Shown here: positions 1 to 11,552 of the stretch, piece by piece
Layout of the letters: each line of letters begins with the position of its first letter
How positions within the stretch are numbered: the first letter of the stretch is position 1
Origin: an uncultured Planctomycetaceae bacterium
GTDB lineage: Bacteria > Planctomycetota > Planctomycetia > Planctomycetales > Planctomycetaceae
Direction of reading: 5' to 3'
DNA: 64,000 nt
NCBI GenBank assembly: GCA_963815195.1
Contig: CAWFGE010000020.1
Span: 352,001 to 416,000 of the forward strand
Made by a program: the position numbers and the translations under genes
The notes under the pieces: generated by a model
What the model was told of the DNA's origin: nothing
The model's database searches: none
Seen by the model: the letters and a program-made list of their open reading frames with translations, nothing else

Positions 1-1
1 G

Positions 2-1819
2 CAAATTCCCAAGCCCGGCATTTATCAGGTGGATGTCTATCCGGCATCGCCTGAAAATGCGAAACAGCGCAACAACAATCCCGAAGTCACGCTCGCCTTG
101 GGGAAGCGGGAGTTCCGCGGGACGTTGAGGCAGCCGGCGTTTTTGGTCGTTCGCTTGCCGGCGGGGAAACTTGCGATCAAGGCGCAACTCTCCGGTCCAT
201 TCGAGTTGGATCAAATCGTCTTGACGCCGCTGTTGGCGGAGCACGATTTGGCGCGGCGGTTTTTGGCCTTTGAAAAGCGCTTGCCGCGGCTGGGCGTGCA
301 TTTGGGATTCCGGCGGGATTGCGGCAGCACGCTCGCGCAAGTCGGGCCCGCGCAAACCGTAGCCGGTGAGCCGCTCGCGCGTTATGTGTTTGAAGGAGCC
401 ATCGGCAATTATCCCAACCCCGACGTGGAACAGGACAACGTGAACTACCTCGCGGGCGTTCGCGAGATCGGCGTTCGCAGCGAATACACCGACGGCCGGG
501 ACATGCCGCGGCTGTTGCTTCGCTCCGTGGAATTTGAAGGGCCGTTTTATGCATCCTGGCCGCCCGCGGCGCATCGAAACATCTTCATCGACTCCGACCG
601 CAAAGACGATCCGCCGGCTTATGCGCGGGAGATCATTCGCGACTTCGCGACCCGCGCCTACCGCCGGCCCGTCACGCCCGCGGAAGAAGCGACCCTGACG
701 AAAGTCTTCCACGACTCCTGCGCCGACGGCCGGGGTTTTTATGACAGCGTGCGAGACGCGTTGTTGGTGGTGCTCACGTCGCCCCAGTTTCTGTTCTTGA
801 TCGAGAACAGTGCTTCTCCCGCGCCCGAGCCGCTCGACGATTACGAACTGGCCTCGAAACTGTCCTACTTTCTTTGGAACGGTCCGCCGGACCGGGAATT
901 GTTGGACCTCGCCGCCGCGGGCACGCTGCGGGGGGAGTTGGACGCTCAGACCAGGCGGCTGATCGACGATGCCCGCTTCGCGAATTTTACGAGAGAGTTC
1001 ACGTCGCAATGGCTCGCGCTCGAGAAGTTCGACGTGCTCGAGCCGGACCGCGAACGCTTTCCCGACCTCACCCGCGAGGCCCGCAAACATCTCCGCCAGC
1101 AGCCGATCGAGTTTTTCCAATACCTGGTCCGGGAAAACCTGCCCGTCAAGAATCTGATCGACGCCGATTTTGTCGTCGCGAACGAAGTGGTCGCGAGCTA
1201 TTACGATCTGAGGGACAAACCCGAGAGCGGGTTTCGATTTGTCGCCGTTCCGCGGGAACGCGGCGAGTTGGGCGGCGTGCTCGCGCAGGCGGCGATCATG
1301 GCGGGATTGTCCGACGGCCGCGAATCGAACCCGGTGAAGCGCGGGGCCTGGCTCGCGCGGAAGATCATCGCCGAGCCTCCCGAGCCTCCGCCGCCCAATG
1401 TGCCCGCTTTGGAAGAATCGACCGAGCATTTGACGCTGCGGGAACGGCTGGAAAGGCATCGCAATCAGCCGGGCTGCCTGCAGTGTCATTCCAAGATCGA
1501 TCCTTGGGGCGTTCCCTTTGAAGAATATGACGCCGGCGGCCGATTGAAACGTCAGGCGGTCGATGCCCGTTCCACATTGCCCGACAAAACCGAGGTCGCC
1601 GGCGTGGAGGATTTGAAGCGACACCTCGCGGAAGATCGGCTCGATCAGGTCGCCTTCAGCGTGCTCAAACATTTGACAATCTACGCCGCCGGGCGAAGCC
1701 TGACGTACAATGAGCTTGAGTCCTTGAGGCAAAACGGGGTAAAACTTAAACCCAAGGGTTACCGGATGCGGGACTTGATCCGCTTTGTGGTCGAGAGTCC
1801 GATGTTCCTCGAAAAATAA
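2..1819 (+). CDS. DUF1592/DUF1588/DUF1585/DUF1595 (PSD/PSCyt) planctomycete cytochrome c-like protein, 5'-partial
   Basis: Frame open from window start; motifs [29 protein letters not shown], heme motif CLQCH; directly upstream of a DUF1552 gene. Confidence 0.88.
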   Translation, partial: QIPKPGIYQVDVYPASPENAKQRNNNPEVTLALGKREFRGTLRQPAFLVVRLPAGKLAIKAQLSGPFELDQIVLTPLLAEHDLARRFLAFEKRLPRLGVHLGFRRDCGSTLAQVGPAQTVAGEPLARYVFEGAIGNYPNPDVEQDNVNYLAGVREIGVRSEYTDGRDMPRLLLRSVEFEGPFYASWPPAAHRNIFIDSDRKDDPPAYAREIIRDFATRAYRRPVTPAEEATLTKVFHDSCADGRGFYDSVRDALLVVLTSPQFLFLIENSASPAPEPLDDYELASKLSYFLWNGPPDRELLDLAAAGTLRGELDAQTRRLIDDARFANFTREFTSQWLALEKFDVLEPDRERFPDLTREARKHLRQQPIEFFQYLVRENLPVKNLIDADFVVANEVVASYYDLRDKPESGFRFVAVPRERGELGGVLAQAAIMAGLSDGRESNPVKRGAWLARKIIAEPPEPPPPNVPALEESTEHLTLRERLERHRNQPGCLQCHSKIDPWGVPFEEYDAGGRLKRQAVDARSTLPDKTEVAGVEDLKRHLAEDRLDQVAFSVLKHLTIYAAGRSLTYNELESLRQNGVKLKPKGYRMRDLIRFVVESPMFLEK

Positions 1820-1833
1820 CGATCGGAAGAACC

Positions 1834-3165
1834 ATGAGCAGTGCAGTGAAAATCGACCGCCGGGCGTTTCTGCGAGGCGTGGGCGGGGCGGCGTTGGCCT
1901 TGCCGGTGCTCGATGCGATGGGCGCGGACGTGGCCGAGCAAATCCCCCGCCGATTCTGCGCCCTCTACACCGCCAACGGCATGTCGCTACCCAAGAAACA
2001 GCACGAGATCGAGGAATGGAGTTGGTTCCCCACGGCCGAACAGAGCGGCCAATTTGTGTTCGGCAAATCGACCGAACCGCTCGGCCCGTTTCGTGGTCAG
2101 TTGAGTTTTCTCGGCGGGCTCTATCATCCCAGCGGCCCCAAAGCCGACCCGCACGTCTGCTCGGACATGTGGCTCACCGGGGCGCCGCTGCATAATCCGA
2201 AGCCGGGCACTTACAACTCGGTCGGGCTCGATCAAGTCATCGCGCTTCACACGCGGCAACACTGCCGGCAGCCGTCGCTGGTGTTGTCGATCGATGCCGG
2301 AACGGGGTTTCTCTCCCGCACGGGGACGATTTCCTACAACATCGAGGGCAAACCGATCCCCGCCGAGAACAATCCCCGCCGGGTGTTTAACCGCTTGTTT
2401 CGCGGCGACCGCGTGTCGCTGAAGTCCGAACGCGAAGCCCTCAAACGGCGGATCAAGCTGGTCGATGCCGTGGCGAAAAATGCCCAGGCCCTCAGCAAGC
2501 GGCTCGGCCAGTCCGACCGCGTGCGGATGGACCAATATTTGACTTCGCTCAACGAAGTCGAATCGCGGCTTCTGGCTTCGGAGCGTTGGATCGATGTGCC
2601 GCTGAAAAAGCAGGACTATTCGCATCTCGATCTGGACGTGACCAACGAAGACGAGCCCGCGAAATACTACCAGAACATGTTCGACCTGATCGCGCTCGCG
2701 TTCGATGCCGACATCACCCGCTCGGTGACGTTTATGCTCAACCGCGAAGACGGGATGGGCATCAGCGATACGTTCCCGCTCAAGCTGGGACTCCCGCGGA
2801 CGCACCACAACCTGTCCCACGCCGGCGACAAGGACGGGCAACTCGCGTTCGCCAAGTACGACTTGTTCCTCAGCGAGCAATTGGCCCACTTCTTCGGGCG
2901 GCTCAACGAATACAAGGACCGCAGCGGCCGCGTGCTCGACAACACGATCGTGCTCTTCGGCAGCGGGGCCAGCACCACGCACAATCCCCGCAACCTGCCC
3001 ACGCTGATCGCGGGCGGGGCGAACATGGGCCTCAAGCACGGCGCGTATTGGCGGAGCGAGGAAACGCGAATGTCCAATGTCTATCTCAGCATCCTGCATT
3101 CGCTGGGCATCGAGCAGAGGGCCTTCGCCGACAGCACCGGCACCCTCAGCGGCTCGATCTTTTAG
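1834..3165 (+). CDS. DUF1552 family protein with Tat-like signal
   Basis: N-terminal [18 protein letters not shown] motif, [11 protein letters not shown]...H.PRNLP, C-terminal FADSTG; usual partner of DUF1592 proteins. Confidence 0.9.
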   Translation: MSSAVKIDRRAFLRGVGGAALALPVLDAMGADVAEQIPRRFCALYTANGMSLPKKQHEIEEWSWFPTAEQSGQFVFGKSTEPLGPFRGQLSFLGGLYHPSGPKADPHVCSDMWLTGAPLHNPKPGTYNSVGLDQVIALHTRQHCRQPSLVLSIDAGTGFLSRTGTISYNIEGKPIPAENNPRRVFNRLFRGDRVSLKSEREALKRRIKLVDAVAKNAQALSKRLGQSDRVRMDQYLTSLNEVESRLLASERWIDVPLKKQDYSHLDLDVTNEDEPAKYYQNMFDLIALAFDADITRSVTFMLNREDGMGISDTFPLKLGLPRTHHNLSHAGDKDGQLAFAKYDLFLSEQLAHFFGRLNEYKDRSGRVLDNTIVLFGSGASTTHNPRNLPTLIAGGANMGLKHGAYWRSEETRMSNVYLSILHSLGIEQRAFADSTGTLSGSIF

Positions 3166-3184
3166 CGAGTCCAAGAACTCCTGG

Positions 3185-3244
3185 CCGGCGGCTCGCGCCG
3201 TGCCGCTCGCTTTCCATGACCGGCGGCTCGCGCCGCGCCGCTCA
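3185..3244. repeat. Two direct copies of REP-like palindrome family A (CCGGCGGCTMGCGCCGYGCCGCTC)
   Basis: Copies at 3185-3208 and 3220-3244; same motif at 54596-54663, 61893-61957 and 62526-62550. Confidence 0.75.
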
Positions 3245-3253
3245 CGTTGTCGG

Positions 3254-4771
3254 TCAAGTGGATTCGGCTCGGATGATCGCCTGGAACAAGCCGGGCCAGG
3301 TGTGTTCGGTCGCTTCGGCGTGCACGGGAAGGCCGGCCTCGGTTGCGGCGGCGGTGGTCACCGGGCTGATCGTGGCAATCTTGGAGCGGCTTCCCAGATG
3401 AGCGCAGGCTTTCGGGCCGATGAGGTCTTTCAAATGGCGGGCGATGGAGGGGCTGCTGAGGGCGATCCAATCGACCTGCCCTTCCTCGAGCAGCGACCGG
3501 GTTTCGGGCGGAAGCTCCGTCGCATCCCGGTTTCGATAGACGACGAGCTTCTCCACATGGGCTCCGGCGCTTGCGAGTTCCGCGGGCAGCACCTCCCGGC
3601 CGCGATCGGCTCCGGCCCATAAAACCTGCTGCCCGGAGACGAGAGGTTTGAGCGCCTCCGCCAAGGCTTCGGCGCGGTAGCAATCGGGCACCACGTCGGC
3701 TCGGAGTTGATGGCGCTGCAATGTCTCGGCGGTCGCGGGGCCAATGGCAGCCAGCTTCAAATGCCCGAGCGCGCGGGCGTCCTTCCCCTGGCTCCACAGC
3801 CGATTTAACAGCGAATCGACGCCATTGGCGCTGGTGAAAATCAACCAATCGTAATCCGCGAGCCGCGATAACGCCTCGTCGATCGGTTCCCAAGACTCCG
3901 GCGGCAGGATTTCGATCGTGGGCAAGAGCACGGGCTGTGCGCCCAGTTCGAGCGCTTGCGAAATCGCCTCATCGGCTTGATGGATCGGCCGGGTGATCGC
4001 AATCGATTTGCCGAACAGCGGGCGATGCTCGAACCACGAGATTTTTTCCCGCTGAGTGACGCATTCGCCGACGATGATCAGCGAGGGGGCATGAAGGTCG
4101 GCGGCGGCGACGGCTTCGGGCAAATCGGCGAGCGGAGCGGTCACGGTTCGCTGGAGCGGCGTCGTCGCCCGGCTGATGACGCACGCGGGCGTCCGGGGAT
4201 CCTTACCCGCCGCGATCAGCGATTCGGCGATCTTCGCCAGTCGGTGCAAACCCATGTAGAACACGAGCGTTCCCGCGAAGCCGGCGAGGTTCTGATAGTC
4301 CACGCGGCTGCCGGGCTTGGTCGGATCTTCGTGCCCGGTGACAAACGCGACCGCCGAGGACTGCTCGCGGTGCGTGAGCGAAATCCCCGCGTATTCTCCC
4401 GCGGCGACGGCGGCGGTCACGCCGGGCACGACTTCAAATGGAATCCCCGCCTCCGCGAGCGCCGCTGCTTCTTCGCTGCCGCGCCCGAAGATAAACGGGT
4501 CGCCCCCCTTGAGTCGAACCACGGTCTTGCCCGCGCGGGCGCCGTCAATCAGCCGGGCGTTGATCTCGGCCTGATCGAGCACCCGCCCTTCCGGTGCCAT
4601 CGTGCGGCAGGTTCGCTCGGCGTGGGCCTCGGTGTGTCTTAGGAGGAGCGGATTGACCAGCCCGTCGTAAAGGACCACGTCCGCCTTCGCGAGACACTCT
4701 CGCCCCTTGAGCGACAACAACCCCGGATCCCCAGGCCCCGCTCCGACGAGATAAACTTTACCTAGCCCCAC
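3254..4771 (-). CDS. cobA: Uroporphyrinogen-III C-methyltransferase / uroporphyrinogen-III synthase fusion (CobA/HemD)
   Basis: [32 protein letters not shown]; then HemD-like [26 protein letters not shown] start inferred at 4771. Confidence 0.92.
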   Translation of the reverse strand: MGLGKVYLVGAGPGDPGLLSLKGRECLAKADVVLYDGLVNPLLLRHTEAHAERTCRTMAPEGRVLDQAEINARLIDGARAGKTVVRLKGGDPFIFGRGSEEAAALAEAGIPFEVVPGVTAAVAAGEYAGISLTHREQSSAVAFVTGHEDPTKPGSRVDYQNLAGFAGTLVFYMGLHRLAKIAESLIAAGKDPRTPACVISRATTPLQRTVTAPLADLPEAVAAADLHAPSLIIVGECVTQREKISWFEHRPLFGKSIAITRPIHQADEAISQALELGAQPVLLPTIEILPPESWEPIDEALSRLADYDWLIFTSANGVDSLLNRLWSQGKDARALGHLKLAAIGPATAETLQRHQLRADVVPDCYRAEALAEALKPLVSGQQVLWAGADRGREVLPAELASAGAHVEKLVVYRNRDATELPPETRSLLEEGQVDWIALSSPSIARHLKDLIGPKACAHLGSRSKIATISPVTTAAATEAGLPVHAEATEHTWPGLFQAIIRAEST

Positions 4772-4816
4772 ATTCGCGGCGATGGTGCTTGATCCTTTGT
4801 GTCTTTTTGCATTTTT

Positions 4817-4875
4817 CGTAGCGGCGGCATCTTGCCGCCGTGGATCGATCTCGGCGGCTGGAAGCCGCCGCGACG
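4817..4875. repeat. Inverted pair of GTAG-type REP palindromes (family C)
   Basis: cgtagcggcggcatcttgccgccg (4817-4840) and cggcggctggaagccgccgcgacg (4852-4875); related copy at 54528-54551. Confidence 0.7.
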
Positions 4876-4899
4876 CGGGCGAGCGGCTTTCCCGTGCAT

Positions 4900-5928
4900 C
4901 TATTTCCAATACACCTTGAGCACGTACCAGACGACGATGGGCGGGATGATAAGCGTGAGGAAAAACGGGAGGAACGACAAAATCGGGAGCCAGCTCGACA
5001 CGAGCAGGGCTTTGGGAAGCAAAAAGTTGTCCACGACGACGGAACCGACGATGGCCCCGTTGATCATGAGAATTCCCATTTGCTTCCGCTCGCGCTTGTC
5101 CTCCTCGGAAAGCTTGGACATGGGCTGGCCCGCCGACGCCTTTTTTTTGCCGGCTTTCGTTTTTTTGCCCCCCGTGGCAACGGCGGTCTCTTCGACTTCA
5201 TCCCGCATGCCGGGCTTGTAGTATTCGGCGATTCCTTGATTCACCGCCCGCGGCGTGGCCATCACGATCCGCATCGGGACGCCCATGCGAAGCTGCAGCT
5301 CCTCTTCCAAATCGGGCGTGGGTTCGTGGGCGCAGGCAACGAGCAGCATCTCGTCATCGATGAACAGCGGCAGAATCGCGTTCCGTTTGACGGTGCTCCG
5401 CGGAATCTTGTCGAGCACCGAATCGTCGGGAACCATCTGGGCCAAATCGACGTACGGCCGGCCTAACTCCTGGGCGTAGGCCTCGGTCGCGGTTTCCCAA
5501 TCCGTGAGCTTCAACTGCACGACGGCGTCCCGCATGGAAAGGCCGCGGGCCTCCGCGAACTCCTCGGCTTCCTTGGCTTGCTCTTTCGTCATCACGCCCC
5601 GCTCGACCAGCACCCGCTCCATCGGCTTTTGGCCGTCGGCCTGAGCGGATTCCTCGAACTCCCGGCCCAGGCTCTCATCGTAATCCCGCTTGCGTTCCGG
5701 GTCCGTGAGACAGAGCATCGCCCGCGCCAGCTCGTTCAAGAGATCTTGCGATTCCTTTTGATATTGCCCGCTGGCGTATTTGCGAACGTGCTCGTTGAGC
5801 TTCTTGTAATTCTTTTGAATCTTGGACGGATCGTCCTCGAACTGTTTCAAGCGCAACAGTTGATAATGGTCCGGCGGACGCGGACCTTCGGGGATTCCCA
5901 ACCAGTCTTTATAAACATCCAAAGGCAC
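4900..5928 (-). CDS. J-domain-like (no HPD) + GspE-N/MshEN-like membrane protein
   Basis: N-terminus DHYQLL...KIQKNYKKL...[12 protein letters not shown] resembles a J domain; middle ELGRPYVDL...ILPL...LLVACAHE resembles T2SSE_N; two C-terminal hydrophobic segments. Start uncertain (5928 or 5943). Confidence 0.65.
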   Translation of the reverse strand: MPLDVYKDWLGIPEGPRPPDHYQLLRLKQFEDDPSKIQKNYKKLNEHVRKYASGQYQKESQDLLNELARAMLCLTDPERKRDYDESLGREFEESAQADGQKPMERVLVERGVMTKEQAKEAEEFAEARGLSMRDAVVQLKLTDWETATEAYAQELGRPYVDLAQMVPDDSVLDKIPRSTVKRNAILPLFIDDEMLLVACAHEPTPDLEEELQLRMGVPMRIVMATPRAVNQGIAEYYKPGMRDEVEETAVATGGKKTKAGKKKASAGQPMSKLSEEDKRERKQMGILMINGAIVGSVVVDNFLLPKALLVSSWLPILSFLPFFLTLIIPPIVVWYVLKVYWK

Positions 5929-5973
5929 GGCGTTCTCTACCAATCTACCTGCGATTTCTTTGCCAACAAATCC

Positions 5974-6067
5974 GGCGAGCGGCGGGCGTCAGCCGGCTGA
6001 TTGTGTTGAAAAAAGACAACGTTCACTTCACTGCGAACGATCATGGGGCTTACGCCCCACGCTCGCC
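5974..6067. repeat. Inverted pair of REP-like palindromes (family B, GGCGAGCGG..GGCGTAAGCC)
   Basis: ggcgagcggcgggcgtcagccggctga (5974-6000) and tcatggggcttacgccccacgctcgcc (6041-6067). Confidence 0.7.
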
Positions 6068-6074
6068 TCGGAGT

Positions 6075-7652
6075 TTACTCGACGTGATACTCGGAAGCCA
6101 GCGTTTGGAAGTTCATCAAACCATCGTCGCTGAGGCCCGAATCGCGGACGATTTGGGTCTCGGCGATTTTGTTGCTGGTCAGTTCCTTCGCGGCGGCGTG
6201 AATCCGCCCCATCGCATCGTAGCGATAGGTCACTTCCACCGGCGACCCCTTGGGCAAATTGGGCGGGAGATCCGTCACGCGGAAATCGCCGATCAGCGTG
6301 CAAGCCGCCGGGTCGCGGGCTTCGCCTTCGAGAATCTCGACGTGGATCCGTTTCTGGTTGTCCGAGGTCGTCACGAACCGCTGGCTCACGCTTTTGGGGA
6401 TCTCGGTGTTCCGGGGAATCATGATGTGGTTCATCTTTCGCGACTTGTTTTCCGGGTCGGTGACCTTGACGCCCAGGGAGTGCGAATTGACGTCGGCGGT
6501 TTGCACCGCGCGGAGCCGCTTCAAAACCGCCTGGGCCAATCGCCCTTCCGAACCGGTCGCGCGGGATTCCAAGATCGCGGCGTGAATGGCCGCCCCCTGG
6601 GCCACGGCTTTTTCGGGCTCCAACTCGCGGGACGGAACGCCCTTGGTCACGTCGCGGAGCATCTGCTCGACGACCGGCATGTAGGTCGAACCGCCGACCA
6701 GCAGGACTTCATCGAGCGTCCCCGGTGCGACGCCGGCTTGCCGCATCACGAGTTCCGTGGTGTCCTTGGTCCGCTGCAGGAGGTCGCCCGTCATCCGCTC
6801 GAAATCGCCGCGGGTCAGGCTGACCGTGAGGGTTTTCCCTTTGTGATAGACGTTGATGGGCACCTGTCCCTTGCGGCTGAGTTCGCGCTTGGCGTCTTCG
6901 CATTCCTGCTCGAAGGCTTTGAGCGACTCGGGATCCTCGCGGGGGTCTTCGCCGAACTTCCGGCGGAACTGCTCGGCCACGTGGTCGACGAGGCGCCGGC
7001 TCCAATCCAGTCCCCCGAGCATCACGTCCCCGTCGGTGGCGAGCACGCGGAACTGCGTCGGGGTGTAGCGGACGACGGTCACGTCGAACGTCCCGCCGCC
7101 CAGGTCGTAAACCAGGATCGTTTTCTCTTTCATGTGCAAATCGGTGCGGCCGAGCTCGTTGCGGTTCCACGCGTAGGCCAACGTCGCGGCGGTCGGCTCG
7201 TTGATGATGTCGATTACATTCAGCCCCGCAATGCGTCCCGCGTCCTGCGTGGCCTTGCGGCGGACATCGTTGAAGTAATAAGGCACCGTGATGACGGCGT
7301 TCGCGATCGGGCCGATGCGTTTTTCCGCGTCCTGCTTGAGCTTCTTCAAGATCAAGGCCGACACGAACTCGGACGTGAGCTTTTTGTTGCGGTACACCAC
7401 ATAGTAGTCTTTGTTCCCCATCTGGCGTTTGACGGCTTCGACGATCTTGCTGGGATCTTCAATCGAGGCCCGTTCCGGCGATGGGCCGACGATGACTTGC
7501 CCCTCATCGCCCAAGAGCACCACCGAAGGCGTGATCGGGCGGTCATCCGCATTGTCGATCAACACCGCCTGCCCTTCGTCGTCGAGCTGGGAGATGGCGG
7601 AATAAGTCGTTCCCAAATCGATGCCGACGGTCTGTCCTTCCAAGAATTGCAT
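6075..7652 (-). CDS. Hsp70 family protein (short DnaK paralog, lacks C-terminal lid)
   Basis: GIDLGTTYS, ITVPYYF, INEPTAA, DLGGGTFD, LVGGSTYMP; 525 aa. Confidence 0.93.
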   Translation of the reverse strand: MQFLEGQTVGIDLGTTYSAISQLDDEGQAVLIDNADDRPITPSVVLLGDEGQVIVGPSPERASIEDPSKIVEAVKRQMGNKDYYVVYRNKKLTSEFVSALILKKLKQDAEKRIGPIANAVITVPYYFNDVRRKATQDAGRIAGLNVIDIINEPTAATLAYAWNRNELGRTDLHMKEKTILVYDLGGGTFDVTVVRYTPTQFRVLATDGDVMLGGLDWSRRLVDHVAEQFRRKFGEDPREDPESLKAFEQECEDAKRELSRKGQVPINVYHKGKTLTVSLTRGDFERMTGDLLQRTKDTTELVMRQAGVAPGTLDEVLLVGGSTYMPVVEQMLRDVTKGVPSRELEPEKAVAQGAAIHAAILESRATGSEGRLAQAVLKRLRAVQTADVNSHSLGVKVTDPENKSRKMNHIMIPRNTEIPKSVSQRFVTTSDNQKRIHVEILEGEARDPAACTLIGDFRVTDLPPNLPKGSPVEVTYRYDAMGRIHAAAKELTSNKIAETQIVRDSGLSDDGLMNFQTLASEYHVE

Positions 7653-7943
7653 AACTTCGCCTTTTTTACGATTGCTGACTCAAAGGGGTTCCATACGAAG
7701 AAGTTTGAAGCGTTTGTCGATGTTTGAAGGTTTGGCGGGTTTGTGAGGAAAACCCGCCCGGAAAGAAGGGAGGATCCGGGTGCCTTTATTGTGACACTGG
7801 CCCCCAGGAGTTGCAAGCGGCCAAAACCGCGGACCCCGGATTCAGCCTGTGCCTCGAGCAACGGATGAACCAGAGATTAGACAAAACGTATTCCGGAGCG
7901 TCAATCAACACCATTAAGGGATGATTAACTCGCGGCGTGCCGA

Positions 7944-9554
7944 TTATTTTTGGCGGGCTGCCCATACGGGCTCGCGGCAGGGGATGGCCACCGCGCGTCG
8001 GCGAACCGAAGGGAGCGCCGCCGATGCGGGGGTGACGACCGGTTCGGGAGCCGTGGGCGGCTCGAGGAGTTGTGGCGGCGGTTCGGCAGGCGTCTGGACC
8101 GGCCGTTCGCCGTGCATCTCTTGGCACGATTCGCACCAGAATCCCTCGTGTCCGGGCAGTCCGCAGCCGGCTCCCACGGTGCCCTGGGCGGTCCAGAGTT
8201 GGACTTCCGCCTGCCGCCAGGCGAACGCCGCTTTCAGGCGGTCGGATTCGGCTTCGAGCCTCCCCAGCCGAGCCCGGGACAGATCGAACGCCGTGATCGT
8301 CTCCTCCACGGGTTGCCGTTGTTTCAGGCGGTCGAGCTGTTCGCGCCAACTCGCCACCCGCTGGTCGGCAAGTTCCCATTCGCGGGCCGCCTTTCGCCAG
8401 GCGATGAGGGCGGCGTCCACCTCGGCCGCGACGGCGGCTTCCCGCTGGGCGAGCAGTTTCATCAGTTGCATCCGCCGAACTTCCACCTCGCGGACTTGCG
8501 ACGGCAGCGGGCACTTGTCGGCTCCCCAAAACAGCAGCGAACTCAAAACCTGATGGACTTTCACGACGACGCCCGCAGGTTCCACAGTGCCCAAGGCTCC
8601 GTCGTATTGTTGCAAGACCGCGCGGGCCAAAGGCAGCGTGGCGGGCCTGATGCGGCAGATCACCGTTCGCAGGGTCTTGAGTTCCGGCCGCATTTCTATC
8701 GCCGTCTGCACCGCCTCGCCGCGGTCCGGCGGCGGCGGCGGTTGCCCGGTTTCGCTTTGAAATCTCGGCACCTCGGCGAACGAGCCGTTCGCCCCCAACA
8801 GCACCTCTAACTTTGCCCAACCTTGAGCCAGCCCCGCATCCAAGACCTGACGTTGCTCTTCGTTGGCGAGCTTCTGCCGGTCCAACACGCCCGGCTCCAG
8901 GTCCACGTTGAGTTGGCTGTTCTTCAGCTCTTGATAATTCGCCAGCATCGCCGCGATTTCGTCCCGGCTGTTTTCCAACAGGACCTGCTGCCGTTGGGCC
9001 TCGGCGAGTTGATAAAACGCTTCCAAAGCTCCCGCCGCCGCGTCGTTGCCGTGCTTCGCCGTTCGCAACACCAGAAGCTCTTGCTGCAAGGCTTTCATAT
9101 TGGCGGGCACGCAGGGATTCCCGCCATAAAACTCCGCCGCGAGTCCGCGTTCGATCTCGGTCAACTCCCCCAGGACCGCGGCAGCCGCGGCTTGGCAGCG
9201 AACCTGCTCCGCGGTCAAAAAAACATCGTCCGCGACCACTTGCTCCGCATGAGCCGCGCGAAGCCCCATCTTGCGAACCGGAAAGTACGCGTTCGACGCT
9301 TCGGCGGGCAAAACCACGGGCCGAACGGACGCACCGGATATGTCTTTGAGGTCGCCGGCTTGCCAGGCGGAACGAAATTGATCTAATTGCCAGATCGGTC
9401 CGCTCGCACAGCCCGGTAACAATGCTCCGGCCAGCATAAAGCTGGCGATCATCGCCTTCCATCGGGACGCGAGCGAAATCCGCGGAGAGTCTGGCGGAGT
9501 CTGAACCATCGTTTCCTGATTCCCGGACAAACAAGAAGGTTGCTCATCAGTCAT
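7944..9554 (-). CDS. Putative TolC-like/outer-membrane efflux-type lipoprotein
   Basis: Lipobox-like LLPGC; long helical repeats (ALEAFYQLAEAQ, AIEMRPEL); Pro-rich tail. Start uncertain. Confidence 0.5.
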   Translation of the reverse strand: MTDEQPSCLSGNQETMVQTPPDSPRISLASRWKAMIASFMLAGALLPGCASGPIWQLDQFRSAWQAGDLKDISGASVRPVVLPAEASNAYFPVRKMGLRAAHAEQVVADDVFLTAEQVRCQAAAAAVLGELTEIERGLAAEFYGGNPCVPANMKALQQELLVLRTAKHGNDAAAGALEAFYQLAEAQRQQVLLENSRDEIAAMLANYQELKNSQLNVDLEPGVLDRQKLANEEQRQVLDAGLAQGWAKLEVLLGANGSFAEVPRFQSETGQPPPPPDRGEAVQTAIEMRPELKTLRTVICRIRPATLPLARAVLQQYDGALGTVEPAGVVVKVHQVLSSLLFWGADKCPLPSQVREVEVRRMQLMKLLAQREAAVAAEVDAALIAWRKAAREWELADQRVASWREQLDRLKQRQPVEETITAFDLSRARLGRLEAESDRLKAAFAWRQAEVQLWTAQGTVGAGCGLPGHEGFWCESCQEMHGERPVQTPAEPPPQLLEPPTAPEPVVTPASAALPSVRRRAVAIPCREPVWAARQK

Positions 9555-9752
9555 CGGTGCCGAGAGCGGGGTTTCACCACAATCGATTCATCAACACCAA
9601 CTGGTTCAATCAATCCGAAAACCGCCTTCCGCAACGTTTGCCCGAACTTCCTGGTTTACCACGGCACAGCCGGTCGATTTGCATCCGCGTCCCGACTTCG
9701 ACCACAATGGCTTTCTGGAGACCTCTGAAACCACGCGGAAAAGGAGGGCGGC

Positions 9753-11315
9753 ATGAGCGGGCTTTATGATGTCATCGTGGTCGGCGGCGGCGGAAGCGGA
9801 CTGGCGGCGGCGGTCTCGGCGGCGGAACGCGGCCTGGCGGTGTTTGTGCTCGAAAAGAATCCCCAGCCCGGCGGGACGACCGGGATCGCGATCGGCTCGT
9901 TCACATCGAACCGCACCTCGCTGCAAATGGCCGCGGGCATTGGGGATTCCGCCGACGACCACGAGGCCGACGCGGGCCAGTTCGCCCCGCCGGACATCGA
10001 GGCCCGCAACTGTGAAACCCTGCGGGCGTGGTTCTTGTCGCAGTCGGCGGAGACGTTCGAATGGCTGAGGACGCTCGGCGTCTCGTTCCACGGCCCCAAC
10101 CCCGAACCGCCCAACCGCGTGCCGAGGATGCACAACGTCGTCCCGAATGCCAAAGCCTACATCCACGCCCTTTCGGCCCGGCTCAAAAAACTCGGCGGCA
10201 CGCTGCAATGTGACGCCCGCGTTCAAAAGCTGCTCGTTGAAGATGATCGAATCCAAGGCGTATCCGTTCGCATCGGCGCCGCGTCTCTCGCCTGCAAAGC
10301 CCGGCTGGGCGTGATTCTCGCCACGGGGGATTATGCGAACTCGCCTGAGATTCTCGCACGCTGGAAGGGGGAAAAATTCGCCGAGATTGAAGGCATCAAC
10401 CGCACCGCGACGGGCGAGGGGCATGTCCTCGCCGAGGACGCCGGGGCAGAGATGGTCAACATGGACATCACCTACGGCCCGGAACTCCGCTTCGTGCCGC
10501 CGCCGGCGAACAGCCTTTTCAGCCGGTTGCCCGCGAAAGGGATCTGGCCGCAGCTGGCGGGGAAGCTGTCGCCGCTCGTTCCGAAGTTTCTCCAAACCGC
10601 CATCGCCAAACGGCTGCTCGTGACCTGGCAGCATCCCGAGAATTCGCTGTTTGACGATGGGGCGATCCTCGTCAACAATCGGGGCGAACGGTTTTGCAAC
10701 GAAAAACAATCGCCGGAACGCGAAATCGCCCTCGCCCGCCAACCGGACAAATTGGGCTACATCCTGCTGGACGAGCGGTTGATCGAACGCTACTCGCGGT
10801 GGCCGAACTTCGTTTCCACCGCTCCGGAAATCGCTTATGCGTACGTCAAGGACTATTTGAAACTCCGCCCCGACGTGGCCTGCCGCGGGAAGACGCTCGC
10901 GGAGGTCGCGGACAAGCGGGGCGTTCCGCGGTTCAATTTGGAACGCACGGTCGATGCCTTCAACCGCCGGGTCCAGGGCTCCCATCATGCCGACCCTTGG
11001 GACCGCGAGGGCGATGACTTTCCCCTCGAAGGCAATCGCTGGGTGCTCTTCGGACCGGCGAAAGCCTACTTCACAACCACCGAAGGCGGCGCGCGGGTGA
11101 ATTTCGATCTCGAAGTTTTGGACGCCGGCGGAAATCCGATCCCGGGCCTGTATGCCGTCGGCCAGGTGGGGCTCGGCGGCCAAATCCTCTGGGGCCACGG
11201 CCTGCACATCGCCTGGGCCCTGACCAGCGGCCGGCTCGCGGGACAAGCCATCGGCCGCGAGGCACCCGACGCCGCGCGTCAAAAAGACGCCAAAGCCGAG
11301 TTGCCCTTGACATAG
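9753..11315 (+). CDS. FAD-binding flavoprotein, fumarate reductase / 3-ketosteroid dehydrogenase-like (FAD_binding_2)
   Basis: VVGGGGSG, VILATGDY, ILVNNRGERFCNE, IPGLYAVG, ALTSGRLAG; GGAGG ribosome-binding site upstream. Confidence 0.85.
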   Translation: MSGLYDVIVVGGGGSGLAAAVSAAERGLAVFVLEKNPQPGGTTGIAIGSFTSNRTSLQMAAGIGDSADDHEADAGQFAPPDIEARNCETLRAWFLSQSAETFEWLRTLGVSFHGPNPEPPNRVPRMHNVVPNAKAYIHALSARLKKLGGTLQCDARVQKLLVEDDRIQGVSVRIGAASLACKARLGVILATGDYANSPEILARWKGEKFAEIEGINRTATGEGHVLAEDAGAEMVNMDITYGPELRFVPPPANSLFSRLPAKGIWPQLAGKLSPLVPKFLQTAIAKRLLVTWQHPENSLFDDGAILVNNRGERFCNEKQSPEREIALARQPDKLGYILLDERLIERYSRWPNFVSTAPEIAYAYVKDYLKLRPDVACRGKTLAEVADKRGVPRFNLERTVDAFNRRVQGSHHADPWDREGDDFPLEGNRWVLFGPAKAYFTTTEGGARVNFDLEVLDAGGNPIPGLYAVGQVGLGGQILWGHGLHIAWALTSGRLAGQAIGREAPDAARQKDAKAELPLT

Positions 11316-11552
11316 TCAAATGGAAAGCATCGGCGCTCACCGCCAGTTCGGTCTTCCCCAGAGTCCGGGGCCGACTTCCAGCGGTCTTGTCGTTCCCGTC
11401 GCAATCTCGACAAGGAACGGGCGCGGTCCATTCGGGCCGCCATTCCTCGGTTTCCTGGCCCTCAAACAGGATCCGTTCGAGCGGCCCCAAAACGGCCGGT
11501 CTGTCGCCTTTGCGGATTGGCGTGAGGTTCCCTGTCAAATCCCTGCGGCAAG

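Noticed and set aside
6003..7727. Long antisense ORFs opposite Hsp70, and likewise opposite lysC, the oxidoreductase, uup and the FAD protein
   Set aside because: Antisense shadows of well-supported genes in GC-rich DNA.
7786..9534. 582-aa alternative-frame ORF overlapping the TolC-like gene
   Set aside because: R/G/A-rich composition typical of a high-GC shadow frame.
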